From: Candidatus Dasytiphilus stammeri
Lineage (GTDB): Bacteria; Pseudomonadota; Gammaproteobacteria; Enterobacterales; Enterobacteriaceae
DNA: 32,000 nt
Assembly (NCBI GenBank): GCA_041941745.1
Contig: CP145885.1
Location: 348,531 to 380,530 of the forward strand
Reading direction: 5' to 3'
Shown here: piece by piece, positions 17,811 through 28,966 of the stretch
How the letters are laid out: every line of letters begins with the position of its first letter
Numbering within the stretch: the first letter of the stretch is position 1
Made by a program: the position numbers and the translations under genes
Notes under the pieces: generated by a model
What the model saw: only the letters and a program-made list of their open reading frames with translations
The model's database searches: none
What the model was told of the DNA's origin: nothing

Positions 17811-19040
17811 TTATAACATATTTGTTCCATACTTCATGGAAGTTAATTGAAAATAATGGGTAATTGTTTGACTAATATCAGCTAATGTATTACGTGCGCC
17901 TAAATAACGAGGAAAGATATTATTTCCATAAATTAATATAGGAACATTTTCGCGTGTATGATTACTCCCATACCAAGTTGGATCACAGCCATGATCAGCA
18001 GTAATAATAAGCATATCGTTTTCTTTAACTAAAGATAATAATTTTGGTAAATTTATGTCAAAAATTTCTAATCCATTAGCATAACCAGCTACATCACGTC
18101 GATGCCCCCACTTTGAATCAAAATCCACGAAGTTAGTAAAAACTAAAGTATTAGTATTTGCTATTTTCATTTCTTTAATAGTAGCTTTAAATAAATTTTC
18201 TAATCCTACAGCTTTTACATTTTTACTAATGCCTGATTGAGCATATATATTACCAATTTTACCAATAGAAATAACTGTACCTTTTTTTTCATATATAAGT
18301 TTATTAAGCATAGTGCTAGATGGAGGTTTTAATACTAAATCATACCGATTATCTGTTCGAGTAAATTCACCTAATTTACTTCCTATAAATGGCCGAGCAA
18401 TAACCCTACAAATTTTATATCCTTCTTTATTAAGTATTTTACGAATGATTTTACATAATTGGTATAACCTAGTTAATCCAAATATTTCTTCATGACAGGC
18501 AATTTGAAAAACTGAATCGGTAGAAGTATAAAAAATAGGTTTTAATGTTTTTATATGTTCTTCACCAAATTCATTAATAATCATTGTGCCAGAAGCATGG
18601 CAATTACCAAGATATCCTGTTAATTTGCCGCTTTCAATTATTTTTTTAATAAGAAGAGAAGGAAAAGTATTTTTTTTTTCTAAAAAATAATCCCAATCAA
18701 AAAGTGTTGGTACTCCAGCAATTTCCCAATGACCTGTAACCGTATCTTTGCCTGAAGAAATAGGGCTTGCATATGCATATGCTCCTATTAAATTATTGTT
18801 TTCTTTTATACCTAGAGGATATTTTCCAGTAGATTGCGCTGCTGATTGTCCTAATCCTAAAGTTATTAAATGAGGAATTTTTAATGGACCTTGGCGTATA
18901 GTGCTATTAGCTTTATTTTTAAAACAGAATTCAGCAATATGTCCTAGTGTATTAGCGCCTTCATCTCCAAATTTTCTTGCATCTTCAGTTGATCCAATCC
19001 CTAAGGAATCTAATACTAGTAAAAATACTCTTTTTTTCAT
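17811..19040 (-). CDS. deoB: Phosphopentomutase
   Basis: 409 aa, collinear with E. coli DeoB: VLDS.GIG.TEDA..FGD.GA.TLGHIAE, SSGKDT.(S/T)[68 protein letters not shown]. It lies upstream of deoD as in deoCABD, but deoC and deoA are absent. Confidence 0.96.
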   Translation of the reverse strand: MKKRVFLLVLDSLGIGSTEDARKFGDEGANTLGHIAEFCFKNKANSTIRQGPLKIPHLITLGLGQSAAQSTGKYPLGIKENNNLIGAYAYASPISSGKDTVTGHWEIAGVPTLFDWDYFLEKKNTFPSLLIKKIIESGKLTGYLGNCHASGTMIINEFGEEHIKTLKPIFYTSTDSVFQIACHEEIFGLTRLYQLCKIIRKILNKEGYKICRVIARPFIGSKLGEFTRTDNRYDLVLKPPSSTMLNKLIYEKKGTVISIGKIGNIYAQSGISKNVKAVGLENLFKATIKEMKIANTNTLVFTNFVDFDSKWGHRRDVAGYANGLEIFDINLPKLLSLVKENDMLIITADHGCDPTWYGSNHTRENVPILIYGNNIFPRYLGARNTLADISQTITHYFQLTSMKYGTNML

Positions 19041-19437
19041 ATACAGATATACCTCTATATTATTTTTATAGAATAAATTCTATTTAAATTTTTGTCTTAA
19101 AATTTTTATTTTTATAAATATAAAAATTACTAATTTATATAAAATAAAAAAATATATTTTTTAATATATAAATATATAATAATATTAATTTTAATACTTA
19201 TGAAGTAGACTAAAATAGTCTATTAATATTTAAATAAAAATGATGATGCTTTGTTTAGCGGTGATAAATACAATTATATGTAATATATAAGAATATAATT
19301 CTGTTCAAATTAAAGAATTGGTATTATTTGATATATATTTAATATATATATTGTTATATAATAAGATGCCTTTATTCAATATCATTATACAAATAAATCA
19401 TTTTTCATTGAAAAACATAAAAAAAGGTCATATGTTC

Positions 19438-19971
19438 ATGACAACAATAGTAAGTGTTCGCCGTAATGATCAAGTAGTAATTGGTGGAGATGGTCAAGTT
19501 ACTCTTGGTCATACTATAATGAAAAGAAACGTAAAAAAAGTTCGCCGTCTTTATAATGATCAAGTTATTGCTGGCTTTGCAGGAGGTACTGCAGATGCAT
19601 TTACCTTATTTGAACTTTTTGAACGTAAATTAGGAATGTATCAAGGGCATCTGATAAAATCAGCAGTTGAATTAGCAAAAGATTGGCGTACTGATCGTAT
19701 CCTGCGTAGATTGGAAGCTTTATTAGCTGTCGCTGATCAAACGGCTTCATTAATTATTACAGGTAATGGTGATATAATTCAACCTGAAAAAGATCTTATT
19801 GCAATTGGTTCAGGAGGCAATTATGCACAAGCAGCAGCTATGGCGTTGTTAGAAACAACAACACTCAATGCTCGTAAAATTACAGAAATGGCATTAACTA
19901 TTGCAGGTAATATATGTATTTACACCAACCAAATTTTTACTTTTGAAGAATTAACTATCTCTAAAGCGTAA
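19438..19971 (+). CDS. hslV: ATP-dependent protease subunit HslV
   Basis: From ATG 19438, [24 protein letters not shown]... is near-identical to E. coli HslV, with the catalytic Thr after Met. The 5' extension in the track ORF (from 19318) has no homology. Confidence 0.96.
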   Translation: MTTIVSVRRNDQVVIGGDGQVTLGHTIMKRNVKKVRRLYNDQVIAGFAGGTADAFTLFELFERKLGMYQGHLIKSAVELAKDWRTDRILRRLEALLAVADQTASLIITGNGDIIQPEKDLIAIGSGGNYAQAAAMALLETTTLNARKITEMALTIAGNICIYTNQIFTFEELTISKA

Positions 19972-19982
19972 GGATTTTTATT

Positions 19983-21311
19983 ATGTCTGAAATGACTCCC
20001 CGCGAAATTGTCAGTGAATTAGATAAATATATTATTGGCCAAAATAAGGCTAAACGTGCTGTTGCTATAGCATTACGAAATCGTTGGCGTCGTATGCAAT
20101 TAAATGAAGAATTACGCCAAGAAGTTACTCCAAAAAATATTCTTATGATAGGTCCTACTGGAGTAGGTAAAACTGAAATTGCCCGGCGGTTAGCTAGATT
20201 AGCTGATGCACCTTTTATTAAGGTTGAAGCAACCAAATTTACTGAAGTAGGCTATGTAGGTAAGGAAGTAGATTCTATTATCCGTGATTTGACAGACTCG
20301 GCTATTAAAATAGTACGTATTCGTGCTATGGATAAAAATAGATATCGGGCAGAAAAAATGGCTGAGGAACGTATTTTAGATGTATTAATAAATTCCTCAA
20401 AAAAGAGTTTAAATGAAAAAAATATACCCCAATGTTCGACTCTTCGTCAGTCATTACGTAAAAAATTACGTGAAGGACTATTAGATGATAAAGAAATAGA
20501 AATTAATCTAACAAGTTCTCCGATGGGGGTAGAAATAATGGCGCCACCTGGTATGGAAGAAATGACTAATCAATTACAAACTATGTTTCAAAATTTAAGT
20601 GGCCAAAAACAAAAACAACATAAGCTAAAAATAATAGATGCTATGAGACTTTTAATAGAAGAAGAATCTGCTAAATTTATTAATCCTGAAGAATTAAAAC
20701 AGGAAGCTATTGAAGCCGTAGAACAACATGGAATTGTATTTATTGATGAAATAGATAAAATTTGTAAACGTGGAGAATCTTCTGGACCAGATATATCTCG
20801 CGAAGGTGTGCAACGCGATTTATTACCTTTAGTTGAAGGATGTAATGTTTCTACTAAACATGGAATTGTGAAAACTGATCATATTCTCTTTATAGCTTCA
20901 GGTGCTTTTCAAGTATCTAGTCCATCAGATTTAATTCCAGAACTACAAGGACGTTTGCCTATTCGAGTAGAATTACAAGCATTAACTACTAATGATTTTG
21001 AACGAATTTTAACTGAACCGAGTGCATCTATTACTATACAATATAAATCTTTAATGGCTACAGAAGGAGTAACTATTGATTTTACTAATGAAGGAATTCG
21101 GCGAATTGCAGAAGCTGCTTGGCAAGTAAATGAAACTACTGAAAATATAGGTGCTCGTCGTTTGTATACTGTATTAGAACGTTTAATGGAAGAAATATCA
21201 TATGATGCTAGTGATCGATGGGGGGAATCAATTATTATTGATGAAAAATATGTTTCTAATCATTTAGATAAATTAGTTGCAGATGAAGATTTAAGTAGAT
21301 TTATTTTATAA
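19983..21311 (+). CDS. hslU: ATP-dependent protease ATPase subunit HslU
   Basis: 442 aa. [36 protein letters not shown], Walker [27 protein letters not shown], and the C-terminal DEDLSRFIL all match E. coli HslU. Confidence 0.98.
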   Translation: MSEMTPREIVSELDKYIIGQNKAKRAVAIALRNRWRRMQLNEELRQEVTPKNILMIGPTGVGKTEIARRLARLADAPFIKVEATKFTEVGYVGKEVDSIIRDLTDSAIKIVRIRAMDKNRYRAEKMAEERILDVLINSSKKSLNEKNIPQCSTLRQSLRKKLREGLLDDKEIEINLTSSPMGVEIMAPPGMEEMTNQLQTMFQNLSGQKQKQHKLKIIDAMRLLIEEESAKFINPEELKQEAIEAVEQHGIVFIDEIDKICKRGESSGPDISREGVQRDLLPLVEGCNVSTKHGIVKTDHILFIASGAFQVSSPSDLIPELQGRLPIRVELQALTTNDFERILTEPSASITIQYKSLMATEGVTIDFTNEGIRRIAEAAWQVNETTENIGARRLYTVLERLMEEISYDASDRWGESIIIDEKYVSNHLDKLVADEDLSRFIL

Positions 21312-21686
21312 ATTTTAAAATTTAGAGTATATGAAATTACTGTTCACTAATTGGGAGATTAGCATTTAATGTTTAATAAATTAATTATTAAAAATTTTAA
21401 TGCTAAAAATGAGAGCTTACTCAATTCAATAATAAATTATTATTTATAACAAAATATTATATATTTATGATTTTTGTTTAATTTTCATATGTTTTAACTT
21501 TATAGTTAAATATAAAAGTACTGTCTATCTATATCGCTATTTATCTAGCCATACAAATAATGTTTCTATTATTTATATAAATAAATAACGGTAACTATCA
21601 AGGATAGTTAGTAGCTCCTACTATTATTAATTATTGAGTTACCTGATTCTTTAATAAGTTAACGTTTTTCATATCAGGAACCATCT

Positions 21687-23213
21687 ATGTCTATAGACAA
21701 AAAAAAATATATTGTTGCTCTTGATCAGGGCACTACAAGTTCCCGTACTATTATTTTAGATCATAATGTTAATATTGTTTCTATTTCTCAACGTGAATTC
21801 AAACAAATATATCCAAAAGCTGGATGGGTAGAACATGATCCATTAGATATATGGTCTTCACAATGTTCTTCTTTAGTAGAAGCGTTAGCTTATGCAGATA
21901 TTCAATCTAACCAAATAGCAGGTATAGGCATTACTAATCAAAGAGAAACAACAATTATTTGGGATAAAATAACTGGAAAACCTGTCTATAATGCAATTGT
22001 ATGGCAATGTTCTCGTACTGCTGATATATGTGAACAACTAAAAAAAGATGGGTTAGAAACTTATATTCATAAAACAACTGGGCTTGTTATAAATCCTTAT
22101 TTTTCAGCGACAAAAATAAAATGGATTTTTGATAATATAGCAGGAGTTCGGGAAAAAGCAAATCGTGGAGAATTATTATTTGGTACCATTGATACATGGT
22201 TAGTATGGAAAATGACACAAGGAGTATTACATATAACAGATTATACTAATGCTTCACGTACGATGTTATTCAACATACATACTCTGAAATGGGATCAAAA
22301 ATTATTAGATATATTTGATATTCCAAGAAATATATTACCAGATGTGCGTCCTTCTTCAGAAATCTATACTCAAACTAATATATATTGTGGTGGAGGAATA
22401 CATGGAACTAATATTTCTATTGCGGGGATAGCAGGAGATCAACAGGCAGCTCTTTATGGTCAACTTTGTGTTCATTTTGGCATGACTAAGAATACTTATG
22501 GAACTGGATGTTTTATGTTAATGAATACAGATACCACTATCATTACTTCTACACATGGATTATTGACTACCGTTGCTTGTGGTCCCCGAGGAGAAGTAAA
22601 TTATGCATTAGAGGGAACTGTTTTCATTGGAGGGGGATCTATTCAGTGGTTACGGGATGAAATGAAAATGATAAATAGTGCAGAAGATTCTGAATATTTT
22701 GCTAAAAAAGTAAAAGATAGTAATGGAATATATGTTGTTCCTGCATTTACTGGTTTGGGAGCTCCTTATTGGGATCCTTATGCTCGAGGGGCTATCTTTG
22801 GCCTTACACGAGGAGCTAATGCTAGTCATCTCATTCGCGCCACATTAGAATCAATTGCTTATCAAACTCGTGATGTTATTGAAGCTATGCAGGCTGATAC
22901 AAATACTTCTATAAATTTACTTCGAGTAGATGGAGGGGCGGTTACAAATAATTTTCTTATGCAATTCCAAGCTGATATTCTTGGAATACATGTAGAACGA
23001 CCAAAATTACGGGAGGTGACTGCATTAGGAGCTGCTTTTTTAGCAGGTTTAGCAGTAGGTTTTTGGTTAAGTTTAGAAGAAATACATGATAAAATAATTA
23101 TTGAACGTTATTTTCTTCCCAAGACAAATGTTTTAGAAAGAAATAAATATTATGCTAAATGGAAACAAGCAGTTTCTTTAACTAAAGGATGGAAAAAAAA
23201 TCGATATAAATAA
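21687..23213 (+). CDS. glpK: Glycerol kinase
   Basis: 508 aa, collinear with E. coli GlpK: [125 protein letters not shown]. Confidence 0.97.
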   Translation: MSIDKKKYIVALDQGTTSSRTIILDHNVNIVSISQREFKQIYPKAGWVEHDPLDIWSSQCSSLVEALAYADIQSNQIAGIGITNQRETTIIWDKITGKPVYNAIVWQCSRTADICEQLKKDGLETYIHKTTGLVINPYFSATKIKWIFDNIAGVREKANRGELLFGTIDTWLVWKMTQGVLHITDYTNASRTMLFNIHTLKWDQKLLDIFDIPRNILPDVRPSSEIYTQTNIYCGGGIHGTNISIAGIAGDQQAALYGQLCVHFGMTKNTYGTGCFMLMNTDTTIITSTHGLLTTVACGPRGEVNYALEGTVFIGGGSIQWLRDEMKMINSAEDSEYFAKKVKDSNGIYVVPAFTGLGAPYWDPYARGAIFGLTRGANASHLIRATLESIAYQTRDVIEAMQADTNTSINLLRVDGGAVTNNFLMQFQADILGIHVERPKLREVTALGAAFLAGLAVGFWLSLEEIHDKIIIERYFLPKTNVLERNKYYAKWKQAVSLTKGWKKNRYK

Positions 23214-23270
23214 TTTTTTTTGTTAGATATATTTAAAAATTAAATAAATAATTTATAAGGGAGTATTTAT

Positions 23271-24026
23271 ATGACTACATGGGTTTCAGCAAAATTAACT
23301 CATATAAAACATTGGACGGAAAAATTATTTTCAATTAATGTTGAAGCACCAATAGATAAATTTATTGCTGGGCAATTTACAAAAATTGCTATCAAAGATA
23401 AAAATGGAAATAGATTAATACAACGTGCTTATTCCTATGTAAATGCGCCACATGATAATAATTTAGAGTTTTATTTAGTTCTTGTAAAAGACGGTATTCT
23501 TAGCCCATACTTGCATGGGCTAAGAATAGGGGACAAATTTTTAATTGCTAAAGAAGCTTGTGGATTTTTTATTTTGAATGAAATTGCTCCATGTAAAATT
23601 TTATGGATGTTAGCAACTGGTACTGCAATTGGGCCGTATTTATCAATGTTACAAGAAGGAAAAAATCTAGATAAATTTGAATATATTGTTTTAGTCCATG
23701 CTGTACGTTATGTACAGGATTTATGTTATTTATCAGTTATGCATAAACTACAAGAACGTTATAATAATAAATTATTTATTCAGACAATAACAAGTAGGGA
23801 AAAGAGAAAAGAAACAATTTTTGGACGTATACCTCAACTAATAGAAAATGGCAGTTTAGAAAAAAGGGTTAATTTTGAAATCAACTCTAATACTAGTCAT
23901 ATTATGTTGTGTGGTAATCCTAATATGGTAAGAGATACAAAAGATTTTTTAATTAAAAATAAAAATATGTTAAAAAAATCATTTAAGGGATTAAAGGGTA
24001 ATATTACTACAGAACATTATTGGTGA
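23271..24026 (+). CDS. fpr: Ferredoxin/flavodoxin--NADP+ reductase
   Basis: 251 aa, collinear with E. coli Fpr: W...K.T....WT..LFS, AGQFTK, QRAYSYVN.P, LEFYLV.V.DG.LSP, LWMLATGTAIGPYLS.L, HIMLCGNP.MVRDT, and the terminal T.EHYW. Confidence 0.95.
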   Translation: MTTWVSAKLTHIKHWTEKLFSINVEAPIDKFIAGQFTKIAIKDKNGNRLIQRAYSYVNAPHDNNLEFYLVLVKDGILSPYLHGLRIGDKFLIAKEACGFFILNEIAPCKILWMLATGTAIGPYLSMLQEGKNLDKFEYIVLVHAVRYVQDLCYLSVMHKLQERYNNKLFIQTITSREKRKETIFGRIPQLIENGSLEKRVNFEINSNTSHIMLCGNPNMVRDTKDFLIKNKNMLKKSFKGLKGNITTEHYW

Positions 24027-24044
24027 TATATATAGGAGAGAATA

Positions 24045-24836
24045 ATGCGCATTCCATTAATAATAGGAAATTGGAAATTAAATGGCAATAGAAAAATGAT
24101 TAAAGAATTTTTTTTAATATTCTCTAATATTATTAGTTCCATAAAAAAAGGTTGTAGGGTAGTTATTATTCCTCCAATAATGTACTTAGATCAAGTAAAA
24201 AAATATATAGACATAGCTAATAAAAATATTATATATCTTGGCGCTCAAAATGTAGATATTAATCTCTCTGGTGCTTTTACAGGAGATATTTCTGCTAATA
24301 TGTTAAAAGATATTGGCGCAAAATATATTTTAATAGGACATTCGGAACGTCGTATTTTTCATCAAGAAAATGACGAGTTAATTGCAAAAAAATTTGCTGT
24401 ATTAAAAAGTGTAGGACTTATTCCAGTAATATGTATAGGAGAAAATAGAGAAGAATATGAAAAAGGATATACAGAAACTATTTGTAAACAGCAAATTAAT
24501 GTTATAACAGACATATATGGCATACAAGCGTTAGAAAACGTAGTAATTGCTTATGAACCAATTTGGGCTATTGGTACTGGAGTATCAGCAATGGCAACAT
24601 ATATACAATCAATCCATAAATTTATACGTAATCATATCGCCCAAAAAGATGTTACTATAGCTAAAAATTTAATAATTCAATATGGTGGGTCGGTAACAGA
24701 TTTAAATGCAGCAGAAATATTGATACAACCTGATATAGATGGTCTTTTAATAGGTACAGCTTCTCTTAATGCAAAAAAATTTGCTAAGATTATTAAATCA
24801 GTTCTTGAAATAAAGAATAGTAATAGTATTAATTAA
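24045..24836 (+). CDS. tpiA: Triosephosphate isomerase
   Basis: 263 aa: [73 protein letters not shown]. The 3' end overlaps the fieF 3' end by 8 nt. Confidence 0.96.
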   Translation: MRIPLIIGNWKLNGNRKMIKEFFLIFSNIISSIKKGCRVVIIPPIMYLDQVKKYIDIANKNIIYLGAQNVDINLSGAFTGDISANMLKDIGAKYILIGHSERRIFHQENDELIAKKFAVLKSVGLIPVICIGENREEYEKGYTETICKQQINVITDIYGIQALENVVIAYEPIWAIGTGVSAMATYIQSIHKFIRNHIAQKDVTIAKNLIIQYGGSVTDLNAAEILIQPDIDGLLIGTASLNAKKFAKIIKSVLEIKNSNSIN

Positions 24837-25722
24837 TATTTTTTTCATGGTAAATATTTGAACATGGTTCAAAATAAATTTTTATATCAGAATTAGGAAA
24901 ATATTCTAATAACTTATTTTCAATTTCTTTTGAAAAATTATGTGCTCTTATTAAGGGCACATCATCATTCATTTCTAAATGAAGTTGAATGAATCGTGTT
25001 TGTCCAGACTTTCTGGTGCGTAATTTACGTACTCCTTTAGCTAAAGCTAAAGTATTTACAATATTGATAATTGTTTTAATTTCATTAATTGGTAATGCTC
25101 TATCTAGTAAAGATTGGATAGCTTCATAACCTATATTTATAGCACGATAGCTAATCCACATTCCTATTACTAAAGCAAATAATGGATCGGCCCATCTCCA
25201 GCCATAATAACTTAACCATAATGCAGTTAATATTGCTGCAGATACTAACATATCCGATTGATAATGAAGCATTTCAGCTTTAATTGCCTGACTAGAAGTT
25301 TTATGTACCACCCAATATTGAAATATAATTAACAAAAGTGTAATACATATTGTTAAAAAGGTAACAATAATACCTACTTCGGGGTAGTACATATATGTTG
25401 GGTTTGCTATATGATGTATGCCAGTTAGCAATAAAAAAAAAGCAGAACCAGAAACAAACATGCTTTGAGCTAACATAGCTAGCGATTCAGCTTTTCCATG
25501 ACCAAAAGTATGTTCTTCATCTGCTGGTTGTAATGCATAACGAATTATCAAAAAATTAGTAAATGAAGTTCCTATATCTACTGTAGCATCTATTAGTGAT
25601 GCTAACATGCTTACCGATCCAGTTTGCCACCATGCAAAAACTTTAAAAAAAAATAATAATACAGCTATAGCTATAGCAGCTAACGATGCCAGAGTGACCC
25701 AATGTGAATATTTATAGTGCAT
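24829..25722 (-). CDS. fieF: Cation-efflux pump FieF (YiiP), CDF family
   Basis: Collinear with E. coli FieF: K.FAWW.TGSVS.LA.L.D...D......[72 protein letters not shown] prefer ATG 25722 (MHYKYSHWV...). The track start at 25764 adds 14 non-homologous residues. Confidence 0.9.
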   Translation of the reverse strand: MHYKYSHWVTLASLAAIAIAVLLFFFKVFAWWQTGSVSMLASLIDATVDIGTSFTNFLIIRYALQPADEEHTFGHGKAESLAMLAQSMFVSGSAFFLLLTGIHHIANPTYMYYPEVGIIVTFLTICITLLLIIFQYWVVHKTSSQAIKAEMLHYQSDMLVSAAILTALWLSYYGWRWADPLFALVIGMWISYRAINIGYEAIQSLLDRALPINEIKTIINIVNTLALAKGVRKLRTRKSGQTRFIQLHLEMNDDVPLIRAHNFSKEIENKLLEYFPNSDIKIYFEPCSNIYHEKNIN

Positions 25723-25852
25723 ATTATATATAATACACCTCAAATAAATGTATTTATTTATCACTAATAAAGTGATAAGAAGAATTTCTAAATGTAATTT
25801 TTATTAATTATAAAATGTATCTTTCTATTATTTTAGAACTAAATTATTAGTT

Positions 25853-26290
25853 TTAACTAGTAATTAAGGGTAGTTGGGCATTTTCCCAACCAATTATACC
25901 ATATTCTAAAATATAAACTTGTTTAAACCCAAATTTAATAATTTTTGAGGCTAATTCGATATCTATAAGGTTATTATATCCATAACCAACGATAATAATC
26001 GGCTGAAATTTATATTTTTGTAGTTCTTTCCAACAGAAATTATTTTTGATATCTTGTTCTAAAATATTGATAGAAGGATATATATGTCCTTTACAATAAT
26101 CTTCTTTCGATCTTAGGTCAATGACTTGAGCATTTTTTTTATTAATTAAAATAATTGCTTGATTACAATTTATTATTTTTGATTTTGTTAAATTTATTTT
26201 AACTGTCAAATACAATATAATAATCATTAATAAAAACCATGTAATACAAAGTATAGGATGCATACTATAAAAATATAGTATTGATTGCAT
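25853..26290 (-). CDS. yibN: Rhodanese-domain inner-membrane protein YibN
   Basis: 145 aa. MQSILYFYSMHPILCITW...TVKINLTKSKIINCNQAIILINKKNAQVIDLR...KGHI..SIN parallels E. coli YibN (MQEIMQFVGRHPILSIAW...[25 protein letters not shown]...KGHIAGSIN). The C-terminus is GW....LPL. Confidence 0.8.
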   Translation of the reverse strand: MQSILYFYSMHPILCITWFLLMIIILYLTVKINLTKSKIINCNQAIILINKKNAQVIDLRSKEDYCKGHIYPSINILEQDIKNNFCWKELQKYKFQPIIIVGYGYNNLIDIELASKIIKFGFKQVYILEYGIIGWENAQLPLITS

Positions 26291-26358
26291 AATAAAACTC
26301 CAAAATAATAGTTTTTAATCTAAATTAAATCAATATTGATAATATTAAATTTATTAAT

Positions 26359-27165
26359 TTAAAATTGACATTGTGGGCAAAAAAAAGTACCTCTTTTATG
26401 GTAAATCAAACGTTGAATAATAGCACCACATCTATGACAAAGTTTTCCATTTTTACCATATACATTTAATTTATGTATAAATTCCCCTCTAGTTCCATTT
26501 ATAAGGAAATAATCTCGAAAGGAGGTCCCTCCATATCTTATGGACTGTTGTAATATTATTTTTATAGATTCAATTAATTTTTGCATTTCATTTCTACTTA
26601 AAGTAGATATATTACGAATAGGGAAAATACCTGCCAAAAACAAAGATTCATTAGCATAAATATTACCAATGCCAGCTACAATTTTATTATCCATTAAACA
26701 AGATTTAACTGCTCTTTTTTTATTAGAGCAACTATTCATTAAATAATTAATGGAAAAACTTTTGCTTAATGGTTCTGGTCCTAATGACTCTAGTAACCTA
26801 CATTTTTGTTTAGTATTACACCATATCCAAAGACCAAATCTACGAGTATCAGTATATCTAAGTATTTTACCATTATTTATTATTAAATCTATATGATCAT
26901 GTTTATAGGGAATACTACCTATTGGTAGGATACTAAGTCTACCAGACATACCTAAATGGATAATAATATATCCTTTGGTTATTTTTACAATAATATATTT
27001 TGCTCGTCTTTGAATATTCAAAATTTCTTGATCACTTAATAAATATAGTTCTTTGGATACAGGTACTCGTAAGACTCCATTACGTATAACCGAATATAGA
27101 ATAGTTTTTCCTATAAGATTTATAATACCATTTTTTATATTTTCTACTTCTGGTAATTCAGGCAT
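26359..27165 (-). CDS. mutM: Formamidopyrimidine-DNA glycosylase
   Basis: 268 aa with the catalytic N-terminus MPELPEVE. It also carries HLGMSG, GPEPL, NKIVAGIGNIYA.ESLF.AGI.P, and the C-terminal zinc finger CHRCG...FFCPQCQ. Confidence 0.96.
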   Translation of the reverse strand: MPELPEVENIKNGIINLIGKTILYSVIRNGVLRVPVSKELYLLSDQEILNIQRRAKYIIVKITKGYIIIHLGMSGRLSILPIGSIPYKHDHIDLIINNGKILRYTDTRRFGLWIWCNTKQKCRLLESLGPEPLSKSFSINYLMNSCSNKKRAVKSCLMDNKIVAGIGNIYANESLFLAGIFPIRNISTLSRNEMQKLIESIKIILQQSIRYGGTSFRDYFLINGTRGEFIHKLNVYGKNGKLCHRCGAIIQRLIYHKRGTFFCPQCQF

Positions 27166-27191
27166 CTTAAAAATATAACTTATTGAGCTAT

Positions 27192-27359
27192 TTAAATTTT
27201 TGCTTCTTTATAAAGAACGTACTGTCTTATTTTTGGATCAAATTTCTTCAAATTTATTTTTTCTGACTTATTACGTTTATTTCTTGTAGTAGTATAAAAA
27301 TGGCCTGTATTTGCCGAAGATACTAATTTAATTTTTTCTCTTCCTCCTTTTTTAGACAT
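27192..27359 (-). CDS. rpmG: 50S ribosomal protein L33
   Basis: Not in the ORF track (55 aa). The reverse-strand translation [55 protein letters not shown] matches E. coli L33 ([23 protein letters not shown]...KFDP..RQHV.YKEAKI). It lies immediately downstream of rpmB, as in E. coli. Confidence 0.93.
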   Translation of the reverse strand: MSKKGGREKIKLVSSANTGHFYTTTRNKRNKSEKINLKKFDPKIRQYVLYKEAKI

Positions 27360-27365
27360 ATTGAA

Positions 27366-27602
27366 TTAATCCTTAGTTGTTTTAGTTTTTAATTTGGATA
27401 AAACCGAGTCAAAACCTTTTTTATCAATAATTCGTATACCTTTAGTTGATATACGTATAGTTATAAATTTTTTTTTAATATCACTCCAAAAATAACGTAA
27501 TTGTAAATTAGGCAAAAAACGTTTTTTTGTAGCATTCATAGCATGAGATCGATTGTTACCAATTAATGGTCGTTTACCTGTTATGAGACATAATCGTGAC
27601 AT
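27366..27602 (-). CDS. rpmB: 50S ribosomal protein L28
   Basis: From ATG 27602, [34 protein letters not shown]...[14 protein letters not shown] matches E. coli L28 ([33 protein letters not shown]). The track start at 27617 adds 5 residues. Confidence 0.95.
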   Translation of the reverse strand: MSRLCLITGKRPLIGNNRSHAMNATKKRFLPNLQLRYFWSDIKKKFITIRISTKGIRIIDKKGFDSVLSKLKTKTTKD

Positions 27603-27706
27603 AATATCTATATCCAAATAAATTTTATTTATATTATAATTATACTTTATATTAAATGCAATTAAGTTTATACTTTTATCAATTTCTTTAAAACATTTTG
27701 CTCATT

Positions 27707-28174
27707 ATGAAAAAAAAAATAGAAATTAAAATTGTTAATAAACAGTTAGGAAAAAATATTCCTTTGCCTAGTTATGCCACAGTTGGTTCTGCAGGTATAG
27801 ATTTACATGCTTGTTTAAATAACATTACGATACTTAATCCTAAAGATACTATACTTATACCAACAGGTTTTGCCATTCATATTGCTGATATGTCAGTAGC
27901 TGCCATGATACTACCACGTTCTGGATTAGGTCATAATCATGGGATAGTCTTAGGCAATTTAGTTGGGTTAATTGATTCTGATTATCAAGGGGAAATTATG
28001 ATCTCTTTATGGAATAGAGGAAATAAAAATTTTTTTATTCATCCATATGCAAGAATAGCACAATTAGTGTTTCTACCAATAATTCAAGTAGAATTGAAGT
28101 TAGTAAAAAATTTTACTCCTAGTAATAATACTACACGTGGCACAGGTAATTTTGGCCATTCTGGCCTTTATTAA
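27707..28174 (+). CDS. dut: dUTP diphosphatase
   Basis: From ATG 27707, MKKKIEIKI....LGK..PLP.YAT.GSAG.DL.ACL, then [33 protein letters not shown] and GFGHSG, matching E. coli Dut. An A10 run follows the start codon. Confidence 0.96.
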   Translation: MKKKIEIKIVNKQLGKNIPLPSYATVGSAGIDLHACLNNITILNPKDTILIPTGFAIHIADMSVAAMILPRSGLGHNHGIVLGNLVGLIDSDYQGEIMISLWNRGNKNFFIHPYARIAQLVFLPIIQVELKLVKNFTPSNNTTRGTGNFGHSGLY

Positions 28175-28177
28175 ATA

Positions 28178-28834
28178 TTAATAATCATATCCATATATAT
28201 TTTGATATAACTGAAGTGCAACTAATTGTTTATTAAAATTTAAATTTTCTTTTAATTTTAAATATTCAATTAAGTCCTTCAATTTAACAATCGACATAAT
28301 TTTACAATTATATTTTTGTTTTAATTCCTTAAAAAAAAGGAAATTATTTTTGTTTTCTTGTCGATCAAGAGCAATTAAAATTCCAGCTAATTTAGCTCTT
28401 TTATTTTTTTTGATCATTTTTATTGATTCACGAATAGTATCACCTGATGTGATAACATCATCAATTAACATGATGTGTCCCTGCTGTAATGAACTACCTA
28501 TTAATAATCCTCCTTCTCCATGAGATTTTGATTCTTTACGGTTAAAACAATATGATATATCACGATTATAATATTTTGTAAGTGCAATAATTGTTGTAAT
28601 AGAAACTATTATTCCTTTATAAGCTGGGCCAAAAATAACATCAAAATATATTCCTGATTCAATTAAAGCTTGAGCATAAAAATGGCCTAATAATGCTAGA
28701 TCTTTTCCATTCTTAAGTGTACCTATATTAAAAAAATAAGGGCTAATACGACCAGATTTTAAAACAAACTTACCAAATTTTAACATATTTGTTTTGATTG
28801 CAAAATCAATAAATTGATGATTATAGGAATCCAT
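28178..28834 (-). CDS. pyrE: Orotate phosphoribosyltransferase
   Basis: 218 aa: FI.FA.....LKFG.F.LKSGR.SPYFFN.G, FGPAYKGI, YCFNRKE.K.HGEGG.L.GS, the PRPP motif MLIDDVITSG.TIRES, LDRQE, and YNCK..SI..LKDLI.YL. Confidence 0.96.
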   Translation of the reverse strand: MDSYNHQFIDFAIKTNMLKFGKFVLKSGRISPYFFNIGTLKNGKDLALLGHFYAQALIESGIYFDVIFGPAYKGIIVSITTIIALTKYYNRDISYCFNRKESKSHGEGGLLIGSSLQQGHIMLIDDVITSGDTIRESIKMIKKNKRAKLAGILIALDRQENKNNFLFFKELKQKYNCKIMSIVKLKDLIEYLKLKENLNFNKQLVALQLYQNIYGYDY

Positions 28835-28882
28835 TTATACATATTTCCTAAATATATAGAATTTTTAATATTTTCTTAACAT

Positions 28883-28912
28883 TTGAGATAAAAATTTTAT
28901 TATGGTTATAAT
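28883..28912 (+). promoter_or_regulatory. Candidate sigma70 promoter for yicC
   Basis: TTGAGA (28883-28888), 18 nt, TATAAT (28907-28912), 54 nt upstream of the yicC ATG. Hexamer matches like this are frequent by chance in DNA this AT-rich. Confidence 0.3.
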
Positions 28913-28966
28913 AATAGTCAATAAATAATTGCAAATATTCTAATTTAGAATTAGGTGATTTTTTTT

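Noticed and set aside
19408-19435. Sigma32-like heat-shock promoter for hslVU (TTGAAA ... TCATATGT)
   Set aside because: The -10-like element ends 2 nt before the hslV ATG, which would give a leaderless transcript or none. TTGAAA occurs frequently in this composition. The 7-bp palindrome TAGACTA-AAA-TAGTCTA at 19206-19222 is also too short to call against this AT-rich background.
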